A stretch of 61,812 bases of DNA, counting the filler, from Choristocarpus tenellus KU-1152 (taxonomy: Eukaryota; Protista; Phaeophyceae): NCBI GenBank assembly GCA_964200185.2. It is 9 parts of 9 records of this genome, joined end to end, with 100 filler letters (N's around TTAATTAATTAA, not from the genome) between each part and the next. Parts side by side here need not be neighbours in the genome. Positions count along the whole stretch, not along the records: positions 48,727 to 61,812 come from CAXNAD020001589.1; 8 more parts are not named here. The stretch is one strand, 5' to 3'. A program made the position numbers and the translations under genes. Below the pieces are notes generated by a model that made no database searches, was not told where the DNA came from, and worked only from the letters and a program-made list of their open reading frames with translations. Of this stretch, positions 50,232 through 61,812 are shown piece by piece. The stretch's first letter is position 1; the number at the start of each line of letters is the position of its first letter.

Positions 50232-52228
50232 GGGATTCTGGTCACTTCGAGTGGATGTAATGGGTAGATACCCTTGGGGTATTATCTCGATTACATTGTG
50301 CTATTATTGGGAGTAGTAGTTAGGGTATACGATTTTGTGTGATGCATTTGTGTTGTTTATGTGGTGTGGTGTGTGTGGTGTGGTGTATGTAGAGGATCGA
50401 TACGATTTTCTCATTTTCCATCCTCTCCTTGTAGGAAATGAAGAGGCTGAAGCAAGTGGTGGTGCATGATCTTGTCTTTCCAATCCGATGATATTTCGGT
50501 ACTACTAGGTAATTATTGCGTGGCACAATATCCATTATACCTGTTTCATATTAGTGTGCACTGTGTCACATGCATTATACATACTAACACTACATGCACG
50601 CAAAGGAAGATACAAACACTGATACATACATATCATTGGAGGTTGATGGCGCAGCACCTCTTGATTTTCTGTTCATACCCGCCCACCACTGTGTTCACAC
50701 ACTGCCCGCAGCAATACATACATACACACAAATACATGCATGTATATATCTTATCACAACCAGAAGTAGCAACTTCCCCATGTATGTGTGTATGTTGATC
50801 TTGTTGGTGCATGGGTTGAATCCTGATCCCCCCTCCCCACACACACACACAAACCACAACCTGTGCACACCAATGACACTGACCTAGTGATGGTTGGATT
50901 GATTCTGGCACTCAAAACGTTCACCACAACCAGCAGTCACAGTTTCCCCACGTGTTTGTGTAGTTGTGGGTGTGGCAAGTGTTACAAATTACAATTGTTA
51001 CTCATCAACATATCACATACTAGACACCGCTATCTCACATCGCTCCCAGTTTGGGAGTCACATTTGTCAAGTATACAGGAATACTGTGGTCACTTTCTCC
51101 TTTGGAAGGGGGGTACATAAACATTTCTCGCTTTCAATCTGTCTGCAGAGATGAATTACACTAGGGAATATTTCCTATTGTTATGAATACTTTCAAGTTT
51201 GTGATGCACTGATTTTATCACCCTTCTAACTATCAGTAGGAAGCAGGGTAATGTATACTCGAAATTCTTTCAGGTAGCTTCAGAGGCATTAAGATCATTA
51301 CATCTACTACAGCACATAGTATTCACTGTCCATCCTTGTACTTCACAAGTCACCTTCCTAGCATCATACTCTGGTGCCATACTGGTTTGATCTCTGTGTA
51401 ACCTCATTCATGTTGATTCTCCTTCCCTTATCCATACCAACTACCCTCTACGTGGTATGCACATTATACTCTCTCTGCCTGCTACTATTGAATGCAAGTA
51501 CCTCCATACACATTTTTGCAGAGGCAACTTTGCAGGCAAACCTAAGAACCCAGCAAGCTAACAGGTCAGGTATGGCATACAGAGGTGCCTACTTATTGCA
51601 ACCATGGCAGCAACTGACCGTACCAAGAACACACAAAATTACATACATGTATCTATGTACATATATGTCAAGCCATCATCACACGACCGTAGTACCCCAG
51701 GATGGGAATGGCAGATATCTCACACACAAATACACCTTGACACACGATAATATCAAAATATGAAACAAAGTACATACAGCTGGTGGTAGTGCTCGCCAAC
51801 AGATATCAGCCAACAAGTGCACAATGATACCAACAATCAATTCAACTCACTCCCACGAATACACACAGCTCTGAAGGTTCATAAGTCCTCAACTCTGTGC
51901 AGTGTTCTTGCCACACATGCTGGTGTGCTCATAGCTAAGGCATCGTGAGTCTCACAAAACAAGACCCCACCACCAATTCAGGTACATCTCCTCGGGACCA
52001 AATAGGACAGGAGCACAACCATCACATAAATGGTTGACACAACAAAATACAGCACTTTCGAAATTTTCACAACTGAAGTTTTGGGTCAATTTAAAAAAAG
52101 ACCCAAAAATTTCATTTTCTCCATTTCAATCTGTATTCAAGTCAATGGTATGTAACTTGCCGCCTGCAGCAAACCTCCTTCACACTGCCTTGTATCTGGG
52201 TACAACTTGAATCATCACAACAGGTAGT

Positions 52229-55200
52229 CTATGCTCGACAAAATTTGGAGCTAAGAGCCTCCACAAGACGAGTTATGGACCCGTGGGGGCACCAACGTCT
52301 GCTGCATTGTTGAGTGGGGTTCCCAGAGATGCGTATAGACAAACGGAGAAGAATCTCCTTCATCCTCACAGCAGCCCCAGTAACATTGGTGGTTGAGTTG
52401 TTGTGCCACTGGAGCATCCAATGATGGAAGTGTCTGTGTGTTGGGACGGTCAAGGGAAAAATCTCAGACTGTCAGAAGGCACTACAAACCATCCTTCCTT
52501 CTCACAGAGGTCTATGCCACACTGAACGCCATACATACTGAAACAACTGAACATAATACACCAATCCACCAACAATTAGTAAGCAAACCAACAGAAAGAC
52601 AATGAAAACTCGAAATACAAAGTCAAGTCCTAGAAAAAAGAACAATGTACGTAACAATGTGGGTGGAATGGAGGAGAGGATCCTAGAGGGAGATGTCAAG
52701 GTGGGAACCTCCCTACCATGGCATCTTCCTCCGTCATACTCTCCTTCACTCCACACACACAATTCTCATCCCACATCTGCTTATTGACACCATTTCCCAC
52801 CTTCATCGCTCCTTGCAACTTCTCTGTACAGCTCCCCACTACCGCATCTTCGCCTGATATTCCCTCCTCCAGGCCGCCAATCCAACTCACCCCCCCAATC
52901 CATCCCTCGTCAAACGTGGCCGGGTCGACATCTCCGTAATCCAAGGGCTGCATCACCGACCTACCCGTCGACCATTGTTCGGGCTGGGCCTCTACCCTCG
53001 AGTATGACCATTGCCCTGCTGCCACCGCCTCCCCCGTCGCCCCAGCCCATTCCTCCACAATGTTTCCTCCGTTGCAGGAATCTTGGATCGTAGCAGACTC
53101 ATAGGACCCCGTCCCTTCCCCGACTCCAATCCAACCTCCAGTCTCAGAGTATTGCTGGAACTGGTCGCATCCCCTGTCCCGGGATTCTGTGGCGTTGATG
53201 GTCGTGAGGTCTCGAGAAAATGCCTTCCGCATGAACTCTGCCTATACAAATCGAGCAACAGAGAGGGGGGAAAATTCACATTCGACATAAGAGAGAAATT
53301 GAACCAAAGGTGGGTAGGACTGAGCGATGACAAAAGCAAGAATTTTGTAAGACTAAACTCTCACGGTGAGTTGGCCATCCCTCACAAATGTTCACTGCAC
53401 GCAGTCAGTAGTAGTCCCCCTAGATCGCTGCAGTGTTCGGTCCTAGCACACAAATCAAGACGGTCTGCCTCTTGCTATTCCAGAGGCAATTACTCTTTGC
53501 TACAATGCAGATTGCTATAGGCCCACCTGTTCCATCCGGTGTGCGAGAAGACCCTCCCTTGCCCGCTCGAGCTCGTTGGTCGCTCTGTCATCAGAATTTC
53601 TCGCCATCTCGGCCAACGATTCGGCATGACTCAGCGAGTTGCAGGCCGCTTGGAGCTGGCCCGTTAGAGACCGTACAGCTTGCTCGGCCAGTGTCACATC
53701 AAGGTTAGACGCGGTGACAAGTTGCGCCGATTCTACTGTACGGATCATCGCATCTGTCACAGCAGCCTCCAAGGCCTCTCTCACTGACTGAGAAGCCAAA
53801 GAATGGGGAAAGTTCGGAGTGAAGGAGTGTAAGGACCATTGTCTTCTTCTTACAACTTGGTCCTATCACCAACATCTCCATAACAACCCACCCACAATAT
53901 GCCCCCACTTTGAACGCACAGGGACCAAGGCTTGCGAACAAGTCGAGGGATTTGATTTAGGGGTAAATTTGTATTGAGTTGAAAAAGATTTTGACAAACG
54001 GGATTGAACTGTCGGCGCACGAGGACATGAGCGCGAAACGCGCAAAACTCGACTAGTGGCGCGTGGCGACGCGAGCAGAAAATATCCTCGATTTGAATGA
54101 AACCCCTCCAGTGGCGCGACCTTTTACCTCCCTTTCACCGCACTTCTTATCATCTCCAGAGTCCTATTCGCCTTAACCATAACAAAGGAAGATTGTGTGA
54201 CATCCTGCTTGTGTTGAGATAAAATAGACATAACCAAGTAACCAAACCTTCTTAGTTCACCTATTCTGTTGATCCAATTAATCCAACTGAAGCCGATTGA
54301 ACTGTTGTGATTCTGCAACACTAAGGGAGACTTTTTCGATCCAACACCAACATTTTGCACTAAGGGTATACATGCGCTGTGAGGACACCTGGCCTTCCTC
54401 CATTTCCCCTGCCGCTGCCACCTCCCCAACCAAGTTCGAGGAAGAGGTACTCTGCACAACTGATGAGGACAAGGACATCCCTGACCCCAGATGTCCATAT
54501 ACACTAGGAATAACACACATGGACGATTCCTTCTCTTCCTCTTCTCCATCCACTTCCACTGAAGCAGCTACCACCAGGAACAACAAAGTAAAATGTACCA
54601 TCACAACATCAACATCGGGCGGAGTGGGGGGTGATGTGTGGAGGAGGGATGTGAGAGTGCGCAGAGAGACTCTGTACTTGGCAAAGAAAACATCAGGTAA
54701 CAAAATGGAACTACCTTCACCTCAACTACTACCACAACAGGGTGGAGCATAAGGGGGAGGGGCGGCAGCAGCAGTGGAAAGGAGGGATATTTGAGGGTGG
54801 ATACTCTTTTCAAGCAAGGGAGTCGTAGCACACAGCAGACCCCAGTTATTGAAACGTGGATACAGCCCATCATCTTTGGTCTATGAGGAATGAACAAGCC
54901 ATTCACTGTTCTCTTGGAGAAGTCCACGGTTGCTACTTTCACCAGAAGGGCTAAATCACATACTGTATGCGGTACATACACCCCATTACACAAATCTATA
55001 ATCCACTATACTCCAAAACAAAACAAAACAAACGTTGTACTCTCCTTGACTCACCCATACGCACAGCATCACACTGGTCCTGCACAATCCTGTTGTGCAA
55101 TGGAGGCTCGGCCTTGTGTCACACAAGGTTGGGGGGGTGGGCAAGGGGGGAAGGGTGGATGGAGCAGGATCACTTGTTGTCCAAGAGACCAAAATAATAT

Positions 55201-57510
55201 CACACTTGACACCATTAACTAACATACCAAAAAATGGAAACATATCCTCCTCCCCACTCTCACGAGAAAACAATATGAAAATTGTATATATTTGATGATG
55301 ACACTCTTACATGAAATGAAGGGTCATGAAAAATTCTACCACATCAATCTTGAGACCCACAATACGTTTCTGACAATGAAATTAAAAAGATATTATTTTT
55401 AACTGTGACAAAAAAATATCAGAAGTGAAACAAGGGGGAAAAGAGGCCCAGTTACAATCTTCACGGAGATACGTGCACTGGACCATATGAAGGAATCTCC
55501 AATAGCTTGGATAACACTGGTACATCAAATATTAAGCTGATCCTGTCTTAAAAAAACACAACTACTGGAGGATAACACATATGAAACCGGAGAAGGACTG
55601 CCATCAGTACATCAGAAATTTGGTCAATTCTTAACAGTATGTATATGATATTCCTGAGATTGATAAAATGAACTTTGTAGGCTGGATGCTACAAGGGGTA
55701 TCAACGGAAATACTCACAGTAGATGGGAAATGCAATATAACAATAGCCATCTTTCCTGCTGTCATCCCATCCCACCAGCCAAACCATCACCACATTCCAT
55801 ATGCTCACAAGAGGATCTGGCGCATGCCAACATCAACCAAGAAGAATCTCTCACCCCCCACCAACAAAGAACACACAACTTCCCTGCGTCTCTTCTTGCA
55901 ACAATGTTCTCTTCCTTCTTCTAGGTCAGGCCACTACATACATAGGCTGTGCAAAAAGGAAATCCTCGTACTTGGGGTGAACGTGTGTTTGCAATGGAGG
56001 TAAGAGGGGATATATCAAAGAGAGTAATATCCTCAATGTTGCAAGAGACTGAAACAGTTCTACCACGATTAGAAGCCATTGTATCAATCGTTGTTATGGT
56101 GCAAGAGGATCATGGAGGTGATACATGTCATGAGCTCTGAATCAGTGAAGGGGTTGCTGACAAGAAAATAGTCACAAGTAGGGGTGGGGAAATAGAGAGG
56201 TAGACTAGAAGGGAAGGGATCTTGATATGCTCAAGTAGAAATGTACTCAAACAACGCATTAATGGACTCACAATGACTGCATATCTTGTCCCACCCTCCA
56301 GATTCCCTGCATCATACTTGGCCTCATACACCAGATATTGATCAACTGTCTCCCTTCTTCTACTGCAGGGAGCACATGTAGGAAATGAAAGGTGGAAGGT
56401 TGACTGTGTTGGTAGAGCTTGAGAGTCTGGGGATAAGTAAGAAGATACCCACCTTTGAAAGACTCAATGTAAGACAAGACAATAGTTTTCGAAGAGGACA
56501 GAGACTGTGCAGGGAGGCCTTATATAAATATTAAGGCCAGTGTATTGTCACGGATTGGGCATTCAAGGACAAACGGAAAATGGGAAATGGGAAATGGGAA
56601 TTGGTGAATGGTGAATGGGGAATGGTGAATGGGGAATGGGGAATGGGGAAATCAAAATCTCCTAACCTCAGCTTGTTGAATCATTGGTTAACACATCAGC
56701 ATTTGTATCTCTAGAACGAGAATTGATGCGAACAAATGACAGAGGGATCTTCTCCATACCTTGCTCCAATCCTCAACCCCACCACCCAAATTGCATCCCA
56801 TCTCATCCCACTCCACCCCAATAACCCAACCCCTTCAGCACAATACAAGTACCTGTAACACCCTACCGGAGAAAGTCCCAGGATGACCAATAACAGATAT
56901 TCGCATTAGTCAAATACTGCAGGAACATGTTCGACATCTACTGGGAGACTCGAAAAACTACATATAAACCATCTCGAACCTCACCTGGCCGTGCCCTGGG
57001 CGTCGGTGGCGCAGCGCGGGGGGGTATTCCTCTCGGCGAGCCCTTTGATCCCCTGGAGCTCTGGCAACGGCTCTAAGTGGCATGTGCGCCTTGAGGATGC
57101 AGCATTGCCATCGCCAACACTGACATCACACCCAGTCGCACGTCCAAGCTCACCTTTCCGGCTACCCACGACCACCCCCTGCCCATCGTGAGAATCCTGT
57201 GTCAAAAATGAGGAGGGGCAGGGATGTCACAACGAAGACCATGACTACCCCGGTGGACCATACTTTCAACTTGGGTTTGGAGTGCGACCTGCGATTATCA
57301 TTGGCATATGTTGTGTATGTTCAAAGTCGAAATCGATGAGCGCGGGCTGCTGAGAGAGGAAAAGAAGGGGTGGGTGGTGAAGCAGAGTGCCATATCCAGT
57401 CCATATATCCCCACCTGTTCAAGCCTCCGCCGAGTCACTTTGCATCTCCTCTTTCCCCTATCCCTCCTCCTTTCACGTCCCGCACGCCTGAGATCGCGCA
57501 CCTTTTCTCC
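52229..57510 (-). CDS. Unidentified multi-exon protein; probable exons include 56985-57196, 56272-56362, 55055-55089, ~54907-54962, 54389-~54715, 53527-53787, 52891-53241
   Basis: Series of open segments bounded by AG/GT with mostly compatible phases. 53527-53787 is Ala/Glu-rich and coiled-coil-like. Start, last exon and some junctions are unresolved; no family recognised. Confidence 0.6.
56579..56652. repeat. 7-bp microsatellite (AATGGGA/AATGGTG/AATGGGG) in an intron
   Basis: About 10 consecutive heptamers. Confidence 0.85.
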
Positions 57511-58039
57511 TGGGACACAACATACCACCCACGAGATTGTACCGAGGGTCAACACATGTGTCTACCTCACCAAGTTACGGGATCAAAAGGTCCCAGAGGA
57601 TGTTAAATATATGGTTGCGCGTTGGAGTCGGATATCGCACAGATGTACGAAAGCGACAACTCCCACGCACTACTACTCAAAATTTCAGGTTCCAACCGAG
57701 AGGTAAGGAGATCCAACATCCACCGCCACCGCCCAATCACTTCCTGACCTTGACGCCATCATGTTCACGGTAGGTATGGGGAATCCAAGGGAGCGATCTT
57801 CTTTCAAAACCGTACTTTCGTCACAATTTCAAGGGTCACTCTTGGGATCAAGCGGATGAGCTGGCAGTGCAGATTTTTCCCTCTGAGATTGGGGTGCTAG
57901 CTCTGATCCACTCCACACCAACATACCCTCCCTTTCAACCCAGAGAATGGTGTACAATAATTATATTACATCAGTCACCTGTTCGTAACCGAATGAATAA
58001 CCGATACCATACCGGATACCCTTACCGAAACCCTCACCT

Positions 58040-61000
58040 CCACGCCACAACAAACATGGGAACCCTGCGGTCCTCCACTCCACTTCCATGGCAAGATGGA
58101 ACACTACCAAGTGATGATTACTCTCCTTGCCTATTGGTGCCGTGCGTTTCTACAATATCTCATCCAGAATCCAGTTGGCGGTGGTTACAATTTTACAGTG
58201 GGAATTCATTCATTCAGAAAGTGATCTGTTCAAACTACTACTGCTGTACAGTTTCAATGTGATTTGGAGAACGGCGACCAATGGAATATATCATCGCTGC
58301 ATGTAAAGTTATCTTATCTGTTGGTTTTCTTTTGAAAATTTTTGGTAGTAGTTTTTTTCCTTTTTGGAAGTAGTGGATTAATGGGAAAACAGCAGCATTC
58401 GATATTGCACCCTTACCTGACCTTGATCAGGGAGACAGTTACATTACCACATACCAATTGTTAGGCGCCTAGGTCATCTTTGCAACGGAAGTGGCATCTC
58501 TTTCACTGTAGAGGATGGTAGCCCGTTCACAGTGGACAGGATTTCCTCATAGATGTGGTCTTTCATGCTGGCACACTTGGAGTCACTGAATCAGCTCCTT
58601 CTCACTGGGACAAAGGCCTACTCGTGAATGTTGCATCTGCGTAAGTGCAAGAAGCATTTCATCTACCACATTCAGCCGCTAGCAGTGGTGTAGGTGCTGG
58701 TGCATCTGTGAATCGAAAGCTTGCCCACTTCGAGGGTTCTTTTCACCCTCGTAGGTTTATCCTCATCACCTTCGCAGTGGTATGTTTTGGGCACCTCGGT
58801 GAGCATGGCAAAAGGTTTTTGGGTGATGAAGATGGCTACACACACGACAGGGGGAAGATGCGGGAGGTTACAACAGGGAAGAGACTGTCAAATCCCGCTT
58901 ACGAAATATAGTGTCTGATACTACATAAGTAGTTCTCTCAAGAGGTGTCACGCGTCTCAAGCTGGAGTCGCCTTGGAGATGAGCAAGGAGGGACCTGTCA
59001 GGTTTTTGTGATGCTTCCCTACTCCTCGCCCAGTTGCGGAGGTCTAATCTAGGTTGGAGGTATAGCAGCATTTTACACATATAATTGTAATTACGAGCCT
59101 TGAAGGGAGTATGGCAATATAGTGAAGGGAGTATCGTAATATAGCTGGAACTCAAATAGTTGATTGATTTAGGAAAGATATCTTCAACATTTACGATAGC
59201 TGGTACTTTCTCAGGAGTCCTTGTAATACTGGTTTGACTTTTTCCCTGACATCTCTGCAAATGTAGTTGACAGAAAAATTACACACATCCGAAAAATGTT
59301 AGAAGGCATAATACTATGCCATCTACATTTTGCAGATAGTGTCAGGGATATCACGAGGACCCCTGTAATCGAAAAGATATCCCTGTTCATTATAATAGTA
59401 ATTTCACGGTTTTCCATAGTTTACTGATACTTGGACAGCAAGATACTGAGGGTCTAGTGGTTCCATGGTGGTTGAGATTTCTTGTGGTGAGTAACCTCCT
59501 GCACACCCTGGGAACCCTGTCATGACATGCTGGCGGAATGCCCCCTAATGATGTTTTAACACACCACCAGATTAAATATGTAAGTCACTCGAAGCAATTG
59601 AATGTAAATTTTGGTAGAGTGAAAGTGTGAGTGCGTCATAATTATTTGGGTGCGCTTATCTATAATTTTGCCAAACAATGGAAACCTGGCATGACGCACA
59701 GTGAATGGTAAGGAAGGTAACAGGATAGCCTCCTCGCCAATGGTGATAGTACGATTTTTGTCACTGCCAGTCGTCATATTATGCTTTCTTATCTTCTCTT
59801 TTTGTTCTTTTCTGTTTTTATCGTGTTACCTTTTTTTTTGCAGCACGAATGGAGGCCCAGGGTTTGGACCTTGGTTTTGCTGTGGTGAATTGAGTTGGTT
59901 GTTTCTAGAACTAATCGATACAACTACTAGCTGGACTCTTTTCTTGGCATATTTGAGTTTTCCTTCTTTGTTTTTAGCTTTTTTTGACAATTTTTCATTT
60001 ATATTTCTTTGTTCGTCATTCTTTTCTCTTCTTTGTGCTACTTTCCTTTTTAATCCCCACCTTGATATTATCATATCGACACACATGCTTGACGTATATC
60101 TTTGTTTCCTGTGCCCACGCGGACTTGGAGAAGAGCAAGGAAATAACATGTGGTCATATATATGGTATCAAGGACTCTTTATTCTCGCCATACTATTCAA
60201 ATCGACTCTGTAGTATGGAATACGCGCTGGATGCTACCGCCATAGAAGGGCACAGAGTGGAAGATGGACCCCTAGCCAAGAAAAAATCACATTTTTAAAA
60301 GAATATTACCTGGCCATAAGAGCTTTCTACTGTTCCACTTGCTGGTGAATGAGTCTTTCGTAGTTGCTATATCTATTCTAGTTAGGTGCATGTTGCATCC
60401 GTAGGGTGATGGTTAATCACTCAATCACTGTGTGGCAGCATCTGACACAATGGCGCAGTGAATGATGAGGTGGATACACACAGGCTTTTGGAGTGGTCGG
60501 ATCAAGTACTAGTAGGAGACTATGCTGTGTTCTATTGCTATGTCGACAAGCGACGCAACCAAGGACAACTACAAGTAGCAGCGTGGAATAATGGGATACA
60601 AGGCGTTGCACTTGTCCTTGATCTGAGACATTGAATCACCTGCAGCTCTGGTTAGGCCAGGAACGGATGCCAAAAGTGAGAGAGGGTTCCTTGCTACTGA
60701 AGATCACGGAAGGTAGTCAACTATTGCAGCACGCAAACCTCTTACCAAGCACACGTTTGGTATGTCCATGAGTTGAGCGGTGAAGCTTTCCTGGTTCAGT
60801 ACCTCAAAATGACATAATGGTGCGTTCTGGCCTTGGGTGTTATTGTTGAATGGTTCGCAGGGCTCAATGCATGATGGTAGCTTTGGGCAGTCACAAGTCG
60901 TTCAGTCATATAAAGTGCATACTTCGATCGGCTGGTCATACTATACCCAAGGGGCTCATTCACTCCCCACACGCTCCTCGCGCGAATGACCAGTGTGCTT

Positions 61001-61803
61001 GGAGATTATTCCATGCCTGAAAGAATTGCAAAGCAGAGTGGAGCATTATAGATTGTGCAGGAGCAACGTTTTGGTGTGGGCCGAGGTGATATTGGCGGGG
61101 TTTTGCACTCTTTCTAGAGTGCGATTATGGGAACCCCAAAACGATATCACCGTGTGTAGACGGTAAGGTGGGTTTGGCTTCTTCTTCACTCATCATCAGC
61201 GGTTAAGAGGCTGTCCCCTGCATTGATCTGGTTAGTTCAAACCCTATTGGCGTCAGACTTTTCTTCAATGGAAACCTGGTTCGGATTACCCAACTACATC
61301 TGGAAAGCACTACAGATTATATACCTGCACTGTCCTATCTGCCCCCTATGTATAAATATCGACCGAGACCAAGAAGTCAATGTTAAGGTGAGTCCAGCAC
61401 AATATTTGAGGTAGGAGGGAGAGCAACGAGCGGTAGAGTGACTGAACCCAATGTGTGAGAAACAAGGCACGAATGGAGGCTGTACAGTCAGTCCTAGTCC
61501 TAATGGACAATATGAGAAGCGTAAAGCATGAAGAATTGCCTGAGACCCGCTAAATTCATGGAGGTCACCGTCACATTAACCACTGGGCAACCAAGACACC
61601 TTATGATATTATCCTCATCGGAAATATTCGTATTTTTGTTGATCGTGAACAACCCAGAAATATTTCCTGGAGCATACTATATGTTACGTATACCCAAATA
61701 CATATATCCTGTCTGTACTATACCACAAATTCGACAGAACATGATCAAGGTGGAAACTTTGATGGGGGTCCAGCATCACTTCGAGGGAGAGGAGACCGAG
61801 TGA
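58040..61803 (+). pseudogene. Probable decayed cyclic-nucleotide-gated/HCN-like cation channel
   Basis: Exon-like blocks in channel order: DFLIDVVF (S3-like), FILITFAVVCFGHLG (TM), VPWWLRFL, WTPSQEK..EYYLAIRAFYCST (pore-helix-like, from 60214), and NYIWKAL/DYIPALSYLPP/QEVNVK|NMIKVETLMG (C-linker-like). Needs frameshifts and contains stops. Confidence 0.45.
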
Positions 61804-61812
61804 CGTGCGATG

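Noticed and set aside
51565-51605. Peptide similarity GMAYRGAYLLQ vs GMAYRAPVLLQ (6391-6425, minus)
   Set aside because: Only about 11 residues with no flanking similarity; consistent with chance

Overview
This is eukaryotic nuclear DNA, not one locus. Nine contigs are joined by eight identical 100-bp artificial linkers (44 N + TTAATTAATTAA + 44 N), so gene neighbourhoods are meaningful only within a contig. Short GT-AG exons, scattered TTAGGG motifs and a signal peptide + 'TAF' bipartite plastid presequence point to a photosynthetic stramenopile, probably a brown alga or relative (inference). Manually spliced genes: TM9SF/EMP70 (5' part), TraB-domain protein (3' part), seipin (last exon), SmD2 (3' part), complete MIC10 head-to-head with a complete plastid CRM/YhbY gene, PEX6 (5' part), an unidentified multi-exon gene, and a probable decayed cyclic-nucleotide-gated channel. 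The rest is mostly transposon debris: copia, hAT, Harbinger, a pogo-like element with both TIRs, three copies of a Tc1/IS630-like element, and a very abundant family sharing a 14-bp TIR (GRGTCAAAGTATCT / GACCCAAAGTATCT). The best candidate for something undescribed is that TIR family: several MITE subfamilies plus a putative Sola2-like parent relic carrying an ORF with a Tudor/SH3-like domain. I found no CRISPR array, rRNA or convincing tRNA. All family assignments are from motif recognition by eye, not database searches.
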